Below, piece by piece: positions 40,752-53,341 of a stretch of 64,000 bases of DNA. Origin of the DNA: Auanema rhodensis (taxonomy: Eukaryota; Animalia; Nematoda). Within the stretch, counting starts at the first letter, position 1. The number at the start of each line of letters is the position of its first letter. A program made the position numbers and the translations under genes. Location of the stretch: positions 5,580,001 to 5,644,000 of the forward strand of contig OZ059897.1 in the NCBI GenBank assembly GCA_964057225.1, in the 5' to 3' direction. The notes beneath the pieces are model-generated. The model saw only the letters and a program-made list of their open reading frames with translations. It had not been told where the DNA came from and searched no databases.

Positions 40752-42274
40752 ATGTCTAAAACGTTGATTATTCTGATTCCCCTTTTATTTTTAGCACAAA
40801 GGTACATATAGTTATATTTTATTTTTCTTAACCTTATTCATACTATACATATAAATTTTTATTTTTAGTTTATCAGCTCAATCAGTTGAAACTCCAACCA
40901 ATGTAAATATTTCAAATCAATCATCATATTCATATATCTATTACTTTAAGGTTGAGAAAACTGTAGCTGAGTTGCCTGTAGCTGTTAAAGAAGAACCAGC
41001 TCTCTTTCCAGTAAAAGATGTAGTGAGTGATGATAAGAAAGTTGAACCAGAAGAGAAACATGCTGCACCAGCATCTGAAACTCCAGAAAAGGAAAAACCA
41101 GCTGAGGTGAAGACTGTCGAAGTCCCTGAAGCTGCACCACAACCCGAAACACATGGTTATTGTTTTAGCATTCTTCATATTCAATTTTGTTATATAGATG
41201 AAGTCAAAGAAACAACTGCATCACCTAAAACAACCCCAGCTGAAACTGAATCCACTACTCCAAGAATTCACGAGGGTTTGTTATTTGCAATATTACACAT
41301 TTCAATATCTTAGGAAGAAAAGCTTCAGATATTATTTATTATAAAGGATATGTTTAGATGTTCCTCCAACTACTGCTCCTGCACCAACCGAGAAGAAAAT
41401 AGCTCATGATGCTCCAATTCCAACCATAGATCTTAAAACTTTAGAAGAAAAGAAAAATGAAATTAGCCAACCAAAAACAAGTAACGTCAAAACTTTATAA
41501 GAATGAAAAATAAGTTTAATTACCATTTTAGTCGCTAAAAAACTACAGAAGACCAAGTTGGCAAGGTAAATGACATTCAGTTCTTGTAATGAAAAACCAT
41601 CTTATTTTATCATTTCAGTTCTGTCTCATTACCCGAAACCCATAAACCATTAGCTGAGATGGTTCATGAATTAATTGAAGAACATAAGCAACTTAACAGA
41701 GTTCAGAAGAGTAATTTAGAATTGTGAAAATCATTTCATCTATTTATCTCTATAGAAACTCTTCCAACTGCCGATAGCAAGACTGAATCAGAAACTAAGA
41801 CAAATAAGAAGAGCAAAAAGGCAACAAAGAAGCCAAAGACCAAGTTTGATAAAATGTTGGTGCCATCTAGAGTCACGCTATTCTTTAAGAAAAACTGATA
41901 CCACAACTTCCCCAAAAAGCAGTACTGAAGCTCCAGAAGCTGAAGGAGACGAAGCCAAGAAAGATAAGAAGTCAAAGAAACTCAGCAGAAGCAAGAAGAT
42001 CAACCGTGAAGAAATCGTCAAGTCCGCCAAGGTTTTATCAATTCGGTTTTGCGCCCAAAAAAAGATAAAATTTCAGGGCATCAAGCTTGTTGTTATCAGA
42101 AATGGTGATGTTGTTGAATTGACTAAGCCACAAATTGAAGATTTAGATGCTATTGTAAAGTAAGAAATCTTATAGGAAATTGAATAATTTATAAATTAAT
42201 ATGATTATAGATCCATGAGTGAAGCTGCTAAAAAGGAAAAATTGGCTAACATCAGAAAGCACCTTCTTCTCTAA
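40752..42274 (+). CDS. Secreted low-complexity K/E/P/T-rich protein of unknown function, about 11 exons
   Basis: Signal peptide MSKTLIILIPLLFLAQSLSA, then an acidic E/P/T-rich half, a Lys-rich half (KKSKKATKKPKTK, KKDKKSKKLSRSKK) and an ordered-looking end GIKLVVIRNGDVVELTKPQIEDLDAIVKSMSEAAKKEKLANIRKHLLL*. GT-AG introns are in phase; AATAAA near 42377. Confidence 0.8.
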
Positions 42275-43358
42275 AATTGTCAACTCAAAAAGTATTTGAA
42301 TAATATAATATACCAAACCATATTATACTTTACTTTATTATTAAACATTGTTTTTATATTTAAAAAGAAAGAATTTAATAAAATTTTGAAAAATTATTAG
42401 TGAATTAATTAGATTTATTTGAAAAAACATAGAGAAAAACGGTGGATTATGAAAGTATGTATATATTAAATTATAAATTTGATTAAACTCTATTACTTTA
42501 TAATATATTTAATATTTAGCTACACTATAATTTGAAAAATAAAATCTCAAACTACAACAGAAAAGGAAAAGCTTAAATTAATGAAAAAAGAACTATATGG
42601 GTGGCTAATCCAGATTCAAATATAGATAATTACAACAAAAACATGATTAATCATTAGAATAAGATGATAATTAGAAAAATAATATAAAAAAGAAATATCA
42701 TCAATGATTTTCAGATAGAAAACGATTAAAATGTATAAATCAGATGTGAAAGAAGAAAAAGAAAATCTCGTTCCTGTCGAAACAACATTGAAAGTTCATG
42801 TTTTGAAGCATTTGATTCTAGAATTCGGCTTTTTTCTTTCACAAAATGGAACCTAAACTAAGAGTATTTCATGTATTACAGGAGCCAGATTTGCCAAGAT
42901 GGTGATCATGTTGATGCTCCCGTATGACGTCAAATCCTGTTTGAAGCTATTATGATCATCGTTAACTATCTGAGAATTTCGTTCATTCACTCTCTCTCTC
43001 TCTCTTTCTCTTTCTGTATGATTCTATCAATCCCTCTATGTTATTTGTATATTTCTTATCTACTATATTCGTCTTATTCTCTTAAGATCTACAGCTTCTT
43101 TCTTTTTTCCATCAGGATAATTCTCAAAAGGAGGGGCTGTATATTAGTAGTGCCAAAGTGAAACCGAAATCTGGCCTTGTTAGATTTGGATCCCCCCCCC
43201 CTCTCTCTTATCTAAATCATTGGCACTTTTGTTTTCGTTTTAATCTTCTCTTGTCTAATGCTTTCTCTTTCACGTTTTTTTCTTGTTTATTCTATTTCTT
43301 TTTCTTATTTATTTTTACTTTATATTATTTTATTTTATTCAAGTTTCCTCTTTCACAT

Positions 43359-43789
43359 ATGAATTTCTTTGTCGGATTTTCCTCATTTATTTTCATTGTT
43401 TTATTCATCAGGTAATTATAATTATCATCATCACATCATATATCACTCCTTTATAGTGTTACAGCTGATCCAACTCCACCATCTAATCAATCACAGAGAG
43501 CTGGTCGAATCGTTAAGAAAGATGCTCCACCTGCTCATGAACCATTCAAATATGCTGAGAATCACGGGTAATTCAAAGCTTCATTAGCAATATTTTATGA
43601 TATTTTTCAGAATTGCCATAGAAGCTGATGAAGAAGGTGTTTTACATGCAGCTGGAGAAGCTCAAGACGGGTAAGATATACAACTATTTTATCATTTAAA
43701 TAATATATTATTCTCAAAGTTATGAGAGTCTGTACTTTGACCCTGCTTCTACTCCAAGTTCACGAGTTCGCCGTTCATTGATGATCTGA
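43359..43789 (+). CDS. 97-aa secreted protein, propeptide-like, 4 exons
   Basis: Exons 43359-43411, 43457-43567, 43611-43670, 43720-43789 total 294 nt, all with phase-2 GT-AG introns: MNFFVGFSSFIFIVLFISVTA-DPTPPSNQSQRAGRIVKKDAPPAHEPFKYAENHGIAIEADEEGVLHAAGEAQDGYESLYFDPASTPSSRVRRSLMI*. AATAAA near 43914. Confidence 0.78.
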
Positions 43790-44372
43790 TAGATGAATCA
43801 AATATGATCTATTCAAATTTGTTACTGGTAGAAGACGCTTAGATTGAAGAGGAATACTCAAAGACTTGAAAAATTTGAAGAAAAAAAAAAGAAAACAAGC
43901 TGGTCTTGTTGAGAATAAACGTTCTTCTTTTCTATTTTCATTATTGAAATCATTCAAAAGTAGTAAACTTCTATTCATAGAATGTAAATATATGATTTTA
44001 AAAGTAATTTTATGAAAGATAGTAATAGAATAGACATGTGATCACAAATAATTTTCATATACAAATATAGATACGGAAGTAAATTTTATTTATAAATATA
44101 GCAAATCAAATATAAAATCAATGTTATAACTTTATTTATATAATTCATTGAAATATGAATCGTCTATTATATGGTTATGTATTCGACCGTTTTATGCTAA
44201 TGAAGAAAATAGTTTTCACGTGAATATTTACGTGTAAATCATTTTATATTTGCTTTCAATACAAAGTAGTTGCATTCAAATATTTATAATTAAGACAGAA
44301 ATATTATAATATATACGTATACTGATTATTATTAATTATAAATAATATATTATATTATACATTATATACAGA

Positions 44373-46726
44373 TTACCAACTATCCATATTAGCTAAGTTG
44401 TGAGCTAAAGCAGCAAAAATAGCAGCAGTTGATTCTAGATCTCCCTCCTTGAAAACTGTCATATAATCTCCTTGTGTATGATGGAAATTAAAGTAATATT
44501 CATCAGCTAAATATATGATATAATATGTATAATATTAACTATACGTTACCTCTATCCGATCTATATTGAGCAGAAGCAACTCCTGCATTTGCAAATGGCT
44601 GTACGTCTCCCTAAAATAGTTAAGTTAATGGGAATCAAATTATTTTTTAATAATTATATGTAAGTACATTTACAATTTTTATATATAATACCTGTTCATT
44701 ATCAATTGTTGTAGACAAAGGTAAACCAAATAAACTAATTTTCTTCACAATTTCGGCAATTTTTTCAAATTCTTTCACTCCAGATTGAACAGCAATTCGA
44801 GAATGTAGGTTAAATGGACGGAAGGCACCTTGGTCAGTTTCTGATACGAAGATGAACTTCTCGTTAGTTCTAAATTAAGTTTTTAAATTTCAATTTAAAG
44901 TTTTATAAGACATCACGTAGGCATAATCACGTGATGCCATCAGATTTGATACAAAATTTCAAGCAACTTACTTGTTATAATGCTCATTGAAATAATGACG
45001 AGATCCAAGTAATCCCTGCTCTTCAGCCGTCCAGAAGGCTCCGCGAATAGTTCGACGTGGTCTATATTCGGGGTGCTTGGCAGCTAACTGATGAATAGCC
45101 AGAATAGCTTCATGAATAGCAGCAATTCCTTCAATATAAATGACATGTTATCAATATGTATATGAATATATTTACATACCTCCACCATCATCCATAGCTC
45201 CCTGTCCAACATCCCAAGAATCAATGTGTCCCGACAACAGAATAATCTCATCTGGGAATTCAGATCCTACAAAAATAATTAAAAATGCAAAATTATCAAT
45301 TTGTTAGCTAGAAAACCTTTAATGTCGAAAATTACATTACGACTTATAACAGGCTGATCAACTTCCATTGATACAATATCCATTTTAACTTTTACGGTCT
45401 TTCCTCGGTTAGACCATCTCTCAATCATTTCAGCTTCTTCAACTGATACACAAGCAGCTGGTATAGGGGATCCTGAAATATTTATTTGCAAAGAGAAACC
45501 ATTTGGATGTTATACCTCTAGCCCCATATCCAGTATGTGGACTTCCAATAGAGAATGGAGTAACTGACTTAATCAGAACACCAACTGCTCCTTTTTCGGC
45601 AACCTATACTTTATATTAATTATATATTTAATAAATAATAGTTACAAAACCTTTTTAGCTGATCCTCTGAATGATACTGTATCAGCGTATCCTAGCCATT
45701 TCTCATTAAAAAGTACAATTTTGTCTTTGACATCTACAGTCTAAGAATAAAATATTTAATTTAAGTTTCAGAAAATCATAATTTACCTCTAATTCTTCAA
45801 GTAAATGAAGTACAACTACTTCCGCTTGAACTTGCCCTGGTGGACTGCCATCTAAGGCGAAGATTGAAAGACGATGTACTCTTGGTTCAACGACAAAAGC
45901 ATTATCATTTCCACGAATCCAGTTAGGTAAACCTGGTACAGGCTCAGTATGAACTAATAATCCCTCTTTACGTATTCCATCAACAACAAAGTCAATAGCA
46001 CTGAAAAAATATAAGAAATGATTGAAATCCTAGTAATAGATCTTTCTGTTCCAACTTTTCTAAAGCAACAGATCCTGTTTTTCGATGTCCGAAATCATCG
46101 CATAGCTCAGCAAGCCAGTCAAAAGCTGCACCCCGTCGAGCATGAAGAACGTAATCGAGAAGGGCTTCCGTAGAATCAGTTGCCTAAAATCAATTGAAAG
46201 ATGTATTAAATTGCAAACAAAAAAAAAGAAAGCAATTCAAGTATTAGCTCTATTAGCATTTTTGGTCAACTTTAAACACTTATTTTGCTTTTAAGAGATA
46301 TAAGAAACGAGGTAATTACTTTAAACAAATAACTGTTTTAAACAAGTGGTGTAAATACTGTAAATTCTTTTAAAAAATCTTCTCTCTCTTTCTCTCTCTC
46401 TCTCTCAATCTAAATCTCTTTCCCAATCTCTCTTCCAATCTCTCTCAATCTATCTACTTCTTTCTCAATCGTTCTCTAGCTCTCTTTTGCTTCTTGTTTT
46501 GGCTTTTTTTTGGATATTTTATAAGTTAACAATTTTTTTTTATTTGAATTTAAAATAATTTTTTTTTATCTAAATTTGATATTTTTTATAATTTTATTTA
46601 TATTTTACATAGATTAAAATAGATATTTACTATAACATATATTTACAATAATTGACACGAAATCAAACAATTAGAACTTACAGATGCCACGGAAACAATT
46701 AGCAGCAGAAACGATGCAATCAACAT
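44373..46726 (-). CDS. Carboxypeptidase Q / plasma glutamate carboxypeptidase (M28 family with PA domain), secreted or lysosomal
   Basis: Signal exon 46726-46682 [15 protein letters not shown], then [90 protein letters not shown]. The M28 metal-ligand and catalytic positions are present. Confidence 0.93.
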
Positions 46727-49598
46727 CACACACACACACTATTGCCTCTGGTATTCTTCTCGTTTCGTGGTGGTCAGGAGCAGCAATGAAGGGAATAACG
46801 AGCAAATATGTCACAACGTTGACCCGCCCTGACCTGCATTTGTTGTTCAATTGATAGCAAAAGACTGAATGAACGATGACAAAACTTCTGACAGATCGAC
46901 ATTTTTCACGAAATCGCAATGTACAAAATGAAATTTTTTGGGAAAAAATTTAAGAAAAGTTGTATTTCAAAATGATTTTATATTTTACTATATGATATAC
47001 ATATGATATATAGTATAATATACAACATATAGTATATAGCATATAGTAAATGTATTAATATGATGGGTGATTGAATGTTTTTAAGATATATCATAGGATG
47101 AACTATTGAATTTCAAAAACATTTTGAATAGAGTTCATACATTGGTATATTCAAAAAAAAAGGAAAAAAATTGTAAAGAGAGGGAGAGAGACTGATAGAA
47201 AGTAAAAGGATAAAAGGAGATGAGGAAGTGAGAATCTAAAGGTCAAATAACAATTGAAAATGTTTTCTATTCACAGTGTATACATGTTCAAAATTGAAAT
47301 ATATTAGTTTTAAATTAATTATATTTTATATTTTTTTAAAATATAAATTCTTGTAATTTATATTTAATCAGTAAAGTTATAAAATATTATTTTATTTTTT
47401 TGCATTTCTTGTACTTTTTTATTCCAATTATCTCCTGACACGCTTGCTTCGTTATCTGGGAGGTCATGAATAAACCATCAAATGATCTGAACAGGGTTGT
47501 TGCTTTGTGTCAAGACGCATATTTGCCAATCAAAATCATTCCATTCATGGTCCTAACACAGACGAATAGGAAGGAATCTCGACGGCAGATTCGAAGCGAA
47601 ATCCGATTGTCCCCTCGGGTGCTCTTAGATGACCGGCACTCTGCAGCCTCCGGTATCAGCACGCTATGTCCTCGTTCTAGCCCCAAATTTGGCTTTCATT
47701 CATTGCCTACGTGTTATGTGAATCACGCGAACAGGGAGCAGCTTTGCGCTTCTTCAGATGCCTTTCTCACATTCCAACATTGGCAAGGAGAGTGGGAGTG
47801 GAAAGAGACTGTGAAGAGATATAGAGAGATAACTGGAGAGATAGAGAGAACAAATCTCTCTTCTACTCTTCCATTTACTGGATAAATGAAAGATGAGAGC
47901 GTATTAAAGTCTTCTATCTGATACTCTTTATGCAATTCTCATGTACGTACATTGATTTATCCTACCATTCTCAAGATTTTATTTTCTAGTTTAATGGAAT
48001 TTTCTGTTGTTTTTTTTTTGCAACGAAAATTTCTTCAGTTCAAGTCAGGACCTCATACATCCGGAGCAGTTTCTTAACATGAAACCGAAAAGAACAACGT
48101 TTTATTCCCAGTTTGCATTTTGAACTTTTTGAAAAAGAAGAAAAAAATAGAAGAATGTAGAGAATAATGAAGTTTTACTCATCTCTTTTTTTTTTGAAGG
48201 AAGTTTCTTTAATCTTTTCTCAATTTTTGCCTTTTTCCGCCGAAAAAAGTAATTTCAATTTTCTAAAACTTTTAAAACGTTTTTCGAGCTTTAGTATTTT
48301 CTTTGAATGTATTCACTAACTATAAGAAAACTCATTCTCATTTTTCTTCGTTTCTTTTCTCATTTTCATAGCCATCATCTTTTATGGCTACAGATAGAAT
48401 ATGGCTTTGCAACTCTAAGATGATGATTTTTCTTCGTTTTCCCAACCGAAATGTTATTTTCTATTCTTATATTCATCTTTCGTATATCAGATTTTTTGTT
48501 TTTTTTTTCAAATTTATATCTAAACAACATTCATAGATCGTTTTGTTAAATAGTCTCTAACACCATTAACTCGTATATCTTTGAATTTACCCCCCACAAA
48601 TAGACTTTCAATGTTCTTTAAATCGTTGTCCCTAGTGATTCCTTCTCACACATAACGCTTGACTAAGATTATTCTCTTGAAACAGCATTCTACCAACTTT
48701 ACCCTTCTTTTTGTTTTGTTTGCTTTTAAAAAAGAAAAATTCACGATAAACAATTAGTTATTCATCTTGTCGTCTTGTTAATAAGTATTATGAGACCATA
48801 AGTCAACAAACAACCAGCCAACCAATTAATCGTTCAAACTTTCTTGAATTTTTTTAATTCTTATGTCTAATTTTTATAAATTTATTTAAATAATATGGTT
48901 TAATATTTAATAATTATATGTAAAAATATTTTTATTTTTTAAAATAATACTCATATAATTGATTTATAATAATAATATTATTCACATAGACACATAGATA
49001 ATAATAATTATTGTTGGTAAAACTTTTTTTTAAGTTGATCAACTAAAGTTTTGTTTTCATATTTTCATTTATGAATCCAAGTATTTCTTAGTTCTTTACC
49101 CTTTATAAGCTAGTCAATCATCATCTTCATCATAATGAAATTGTTCTTTGTGTTCTTTTTCCTTCGTCTGGTCTCCTCGTTTCCTCTTTCATATCCCTCC
49201 ATGCCCTGTTTTCTATCTTCATCTCTCATAAATGAACATCAATTGGCAAATCAGGTTAAGCTTTTAACTAAGTAACACGCTTAACTATATAAACTTAATT
49301 ATATATTATTCAATTGAAACAATATTAAATGAATTGATTTGAATTGAAAATAATTATTAGGTATTATCTTAAGATGATATTTACTAATAACACTTTGTTA
49401 GTATCTGTATTACTATCTTAGATATTTGGTCATCAAACCAATCTGATTTTCAATTTTTCCTTTCAATTTGAAAGACAAGTATCACCCGGAGACCTAACGG
49501 CCGTTGAATAGGAAACGAACATCTCACGTCTCATTTGTCTATTTCAGATACGTCAAGCTGACATCTATATATGGTTTCTTTTCTATTCTAATTTCTAA

Positions 49599-49602
<4 letters not shown>

Positions 49603-49637
<35 letters not shown>
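49603..49637. repeat. (CT)n microsatellite
   Basis: Perfect CT run. Confidence 0.9.
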
Positions 49638-49641
<4 letters not shown>

Positions 49642-50454
49642 ATCTAAATGTTCTTTTGAGCTTCTGCACTTATCTGCCAATGTGATCTCGAGGAATCAGA
49701 AGCGATTCATAAAACAGTTAAAGATTCATCTGTTCCGAAACTCAAATTTCTTAGAAGCGTATATGACAAAAGTGAAATATTTAATTTTAATCTTCATAAC
49801 TCTCAGTTATTTCAATAACTACTATTTTCCTAAAATATTTATAAATATTTGTAAAATATAAGTTTAAGAGGAGTAGTTAAATATAATTTAAATTATATAT
49901 TTAAAAAAACAATTAATACTTAATCAATTAAGTTTTTTTAAATATTTATATTCTAATTAACTCATTTTCATTTTTTCAGTTTGCTAAGCTCAAAGCGGTT
50001 GTTTTTTTCATTAACTCCTTCAAATTATTTTATAATTTTTATTGAAATTTAATATTTATATATCTCTTTTTTATTTTTATTATATAATTTATATTGTAAT
50101 TGAGATCTTTAATATTTTATTTAGATAATAACTTGCTAATCAGGAAATAACTATAGTATTCGTAGAAGCAGCATGGGTAAGCTAGTTTTAAAAAAATTAG
50201 TCTCAAAAACTCGTAATAAGCAATTTTTAATTATTATTTTATAATATTTTATGCATTTCTAATTGAAAAATAACAAAAATATGAAATAATATTTGATTCA
50301 CTATACTCTTTATAGTCATATTTTAATTTTTTTTTTCATTTCAGGTTAGATTCGTAAATCGATGTTCTTCATATATTTCTTCTGATTTTCTTAAATAATT
50401 CTTATTTCTCTTCAATAATATCAGAAATATATACATATAGTATAATTTCTAAAA

Positions 50455-53309
50455 ATGATTTCAACATCAACTTATTTTTCAAAAGAAAACTGGCTATCCG
50501 GCTACAGAATCTTTTCAAATCAATCAGAGAAAATTGGTATTATCCCAGACACAGCATTACTATCAATTATACTTATTATATCATTAGTTATATTATTTGT
50601 AAGTTTATTTAATTATTATATTAGTATATTATATAATATACAAATATTAAAAACAAATATCTTATTCAATAATCTTGTTTCTCATGTTATTCAAGAAAAA
50701 AAAGCTCACTTGTAAAGTACGAGACACTACATCACAAACAGCTAGTTGACTAGTTTCAATTGTTTAATTTTCAACTATTTTTAAGCTAAATATTCAAATG
50801 GCTATCCATCCAAATATAAGATCAACTGCAGCTTCGAATGGCTTTATTCAGATATCGACAATCGTTCGAAAGGACATAACGGCGACAATTTCGTTATCTG
50901 CTCTATAGCCCTTCATACTTTCTATTCATCCTCTTACTATTTTTATTTAAATTTTTAAAGTTTTTTTTTTGTTTTTAAGAATTTTTTTACAAATAAAATG
51001 AAATTTATCAATTTTCTGATACAACTTTTCTACATTCACTTTCATAGTCCTCATCATCCGGCCATAAATGGCTTGTGCCCTTGTTTCAGAATCCTAATTT
51101 AATTCCAATATTCTCCCTCAAATTTTGTTTCTCATAGCTATGTTTCAATCATATAAGATGAGCAAGTAAAGTTTACCACATTAACTCTCCGGTTTCGTAT
51201 TCGTTTGATTGATAATCATCTTCTTTGATCTCTTATATCTTATATCTTAACAAACATAAATACTAATAGCCAACTTATTCTGATTCTTTTTAAACTTCAA
51301 AAGCATTTCTTTTTGTTATTTTTCTAATTTTTATTGTTTAGAAACTTAAGAACAAAAGCATATTTTCAAAAAAAAATTTGAAAGAAATTATCATTCATTT
51401 TCATCAATTTTTATTGGTTTTCCATATTGCATAAGTCTTCATTGCGAGATCAAAGCTCAAAATATTTTTTTGTCTTTTGCTAGAATCTTGAAATACAAAC
51501 TGATGATTCTCACTCCATTCTTGACTACCTCTTTCTCTCAACCTCTTAGCTTCTTCCCTTTGATCTTTTTCTCTCTCAATCATCCTCTAAGCTTTCTCTC
51601 ACTATACTCCTCCTCCTTTTTCCTTTTCTTCTTCTTCTTCCATCTTGTCTTTCTTTCTTTAACTGAAAATGACCATATGTATAGATCATAACGTGACATC
51701 TAAAAATGAAAATTTTCTCCCCATTCATGTCAGTTATTTGCATCATTTTTTCACAAAAAAATGTCTTTATTCCTTTGTTTCGCTTTTTCTTCATCGTTTT
51801 TCGCATTCTGACAAACAATTTGCCTCTGGGGACTGTCGAAGCCAGCTGGTTCAGGGCGAAGCTCGCTACTTTAACATATTCTCATCCTGCTACCCTGTTC
51901 TCCCTCAGCTCCCGTTTTGTCTTCTTCGTCAGCTTTTTCTTAGCTTTCCCTCCTTTTCAAGACTCATCGGCTGTAACTTGTTGCTGCAACTCTCTTTCGA
52001 ATCTCTACCAAAAAAAAAGCCGCTGGATCAACTTCCGGAGCAACTCACTTTCTGCTGCTCACTTCAACAACCATGGTTATTTCAGTTGTCACATATTTTA
52101 CCAACTAGCCTAGAGCATTTTTTAAATTTTCAGATATTCTCACTGATAAATTCAATTTGCTCGTATAATGAAAATTAGCTTTATATGCTCCGTTTTGGCA
52201 ATTTCACAGTTATAGTCAGATTTCTAGACCTATAAATATATTTTGATTATAATATTCGTAAATTAATATATAAAATACAAAAAACCACAAAATTTATATT
52301 TTATCTGTTTTATATGTAATAGTTTATAATAATTATTTTAGGTTTGCTGTTTTCTCAGGATGTTTTGTTGTCCGTATCGGAAAACAAAATCTCCTGGAAG
52401 CCCATATACCCGTCGTGAAATTATATGCAAAGTGAGTTATTTCACAAAGAAACATTGAAATATTTATACAAAAATATGTTTAGAAAGGATTATTTGCATT
52501 GATGTTAGCTCGGTTGGATGAATTTGATACGTTGACACCTCTGATTCTTACTCCTGGACCATCTACAACACCAGTTTCATCAGAAAACTCTAATGATACT
52601 CAAAATGTAATCAAATTGTTTGAATTGAATGAAGCATGTAGTTGTCTTTTTACAGAATACCGGGATTTTTCGTTTTCCTTTTGTTCGTCAAGATTCTGAA
52701 TCTCCACCTCCTCCACGACGTCATCAACAGGGCCGAACACTTATTGTACCATTGAACACAACACGATGTAGGATTCTACCCATAACAAAGCATCATATGA
52801 TGACTTATAAATATAGATCGTGCACCATTAGTACCCTTGTTAGGAACTCCTGATAGTCGAGTTACATCATTAGAGGGAGGCACAACGAAAAGCTGTGCAA
52901 CTATTCCAGAATGTGATGAAGAAGTATCACCTAGTTGTGAAAGAATTGATGACTTAGTTTCCATTGATAGAGTAAGTCTTATATTATTTTTAAAATTAAT
53001 TATATAGTTAGTATAGTATATGTATATCCCTCTTTTCTATTTCTGTTATTGTCAATATGGTTCATAACAAAAAACTTGATAGTTATAACGGTTTAGACTT
53101 CCATATCGGCATCGGATCACAAATCCTCACGCTACTACTTCTCACCGTCGTCCTACAATCTAATTATGCCACAACAACCACCAGAATTTCAGGTATTACA
53201 GATAGATAAGGGGTTATACATAATGTGGTTAAAATTATTTGAAAGAAATATTGAAATAACGTAAGAAAAAGCTGATAAAAAGAAAAAAAGAGAGGTAGAG
53301 AGAGCGAGT

Positions 53310-53341
<32 letters not shown>

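Noticed and set aside
42731-42905. ~57-codon ORF after a TTTTCAG between the two secreted genes; possible operon arrangement
   Set aside because: No coherent protein. The downstream gene has its own signal-peptide exon and nearby acceptor, and the spacing is longer than typical SL2 operons.
51576-52178. Overlapping 169-, 135- and 80-aa ORFs
   Set aside because: They lie in intron 1 of the 50455 gene and have F/L/S-rich composition from T/C-rich DNA; at most an alternative promoter region.
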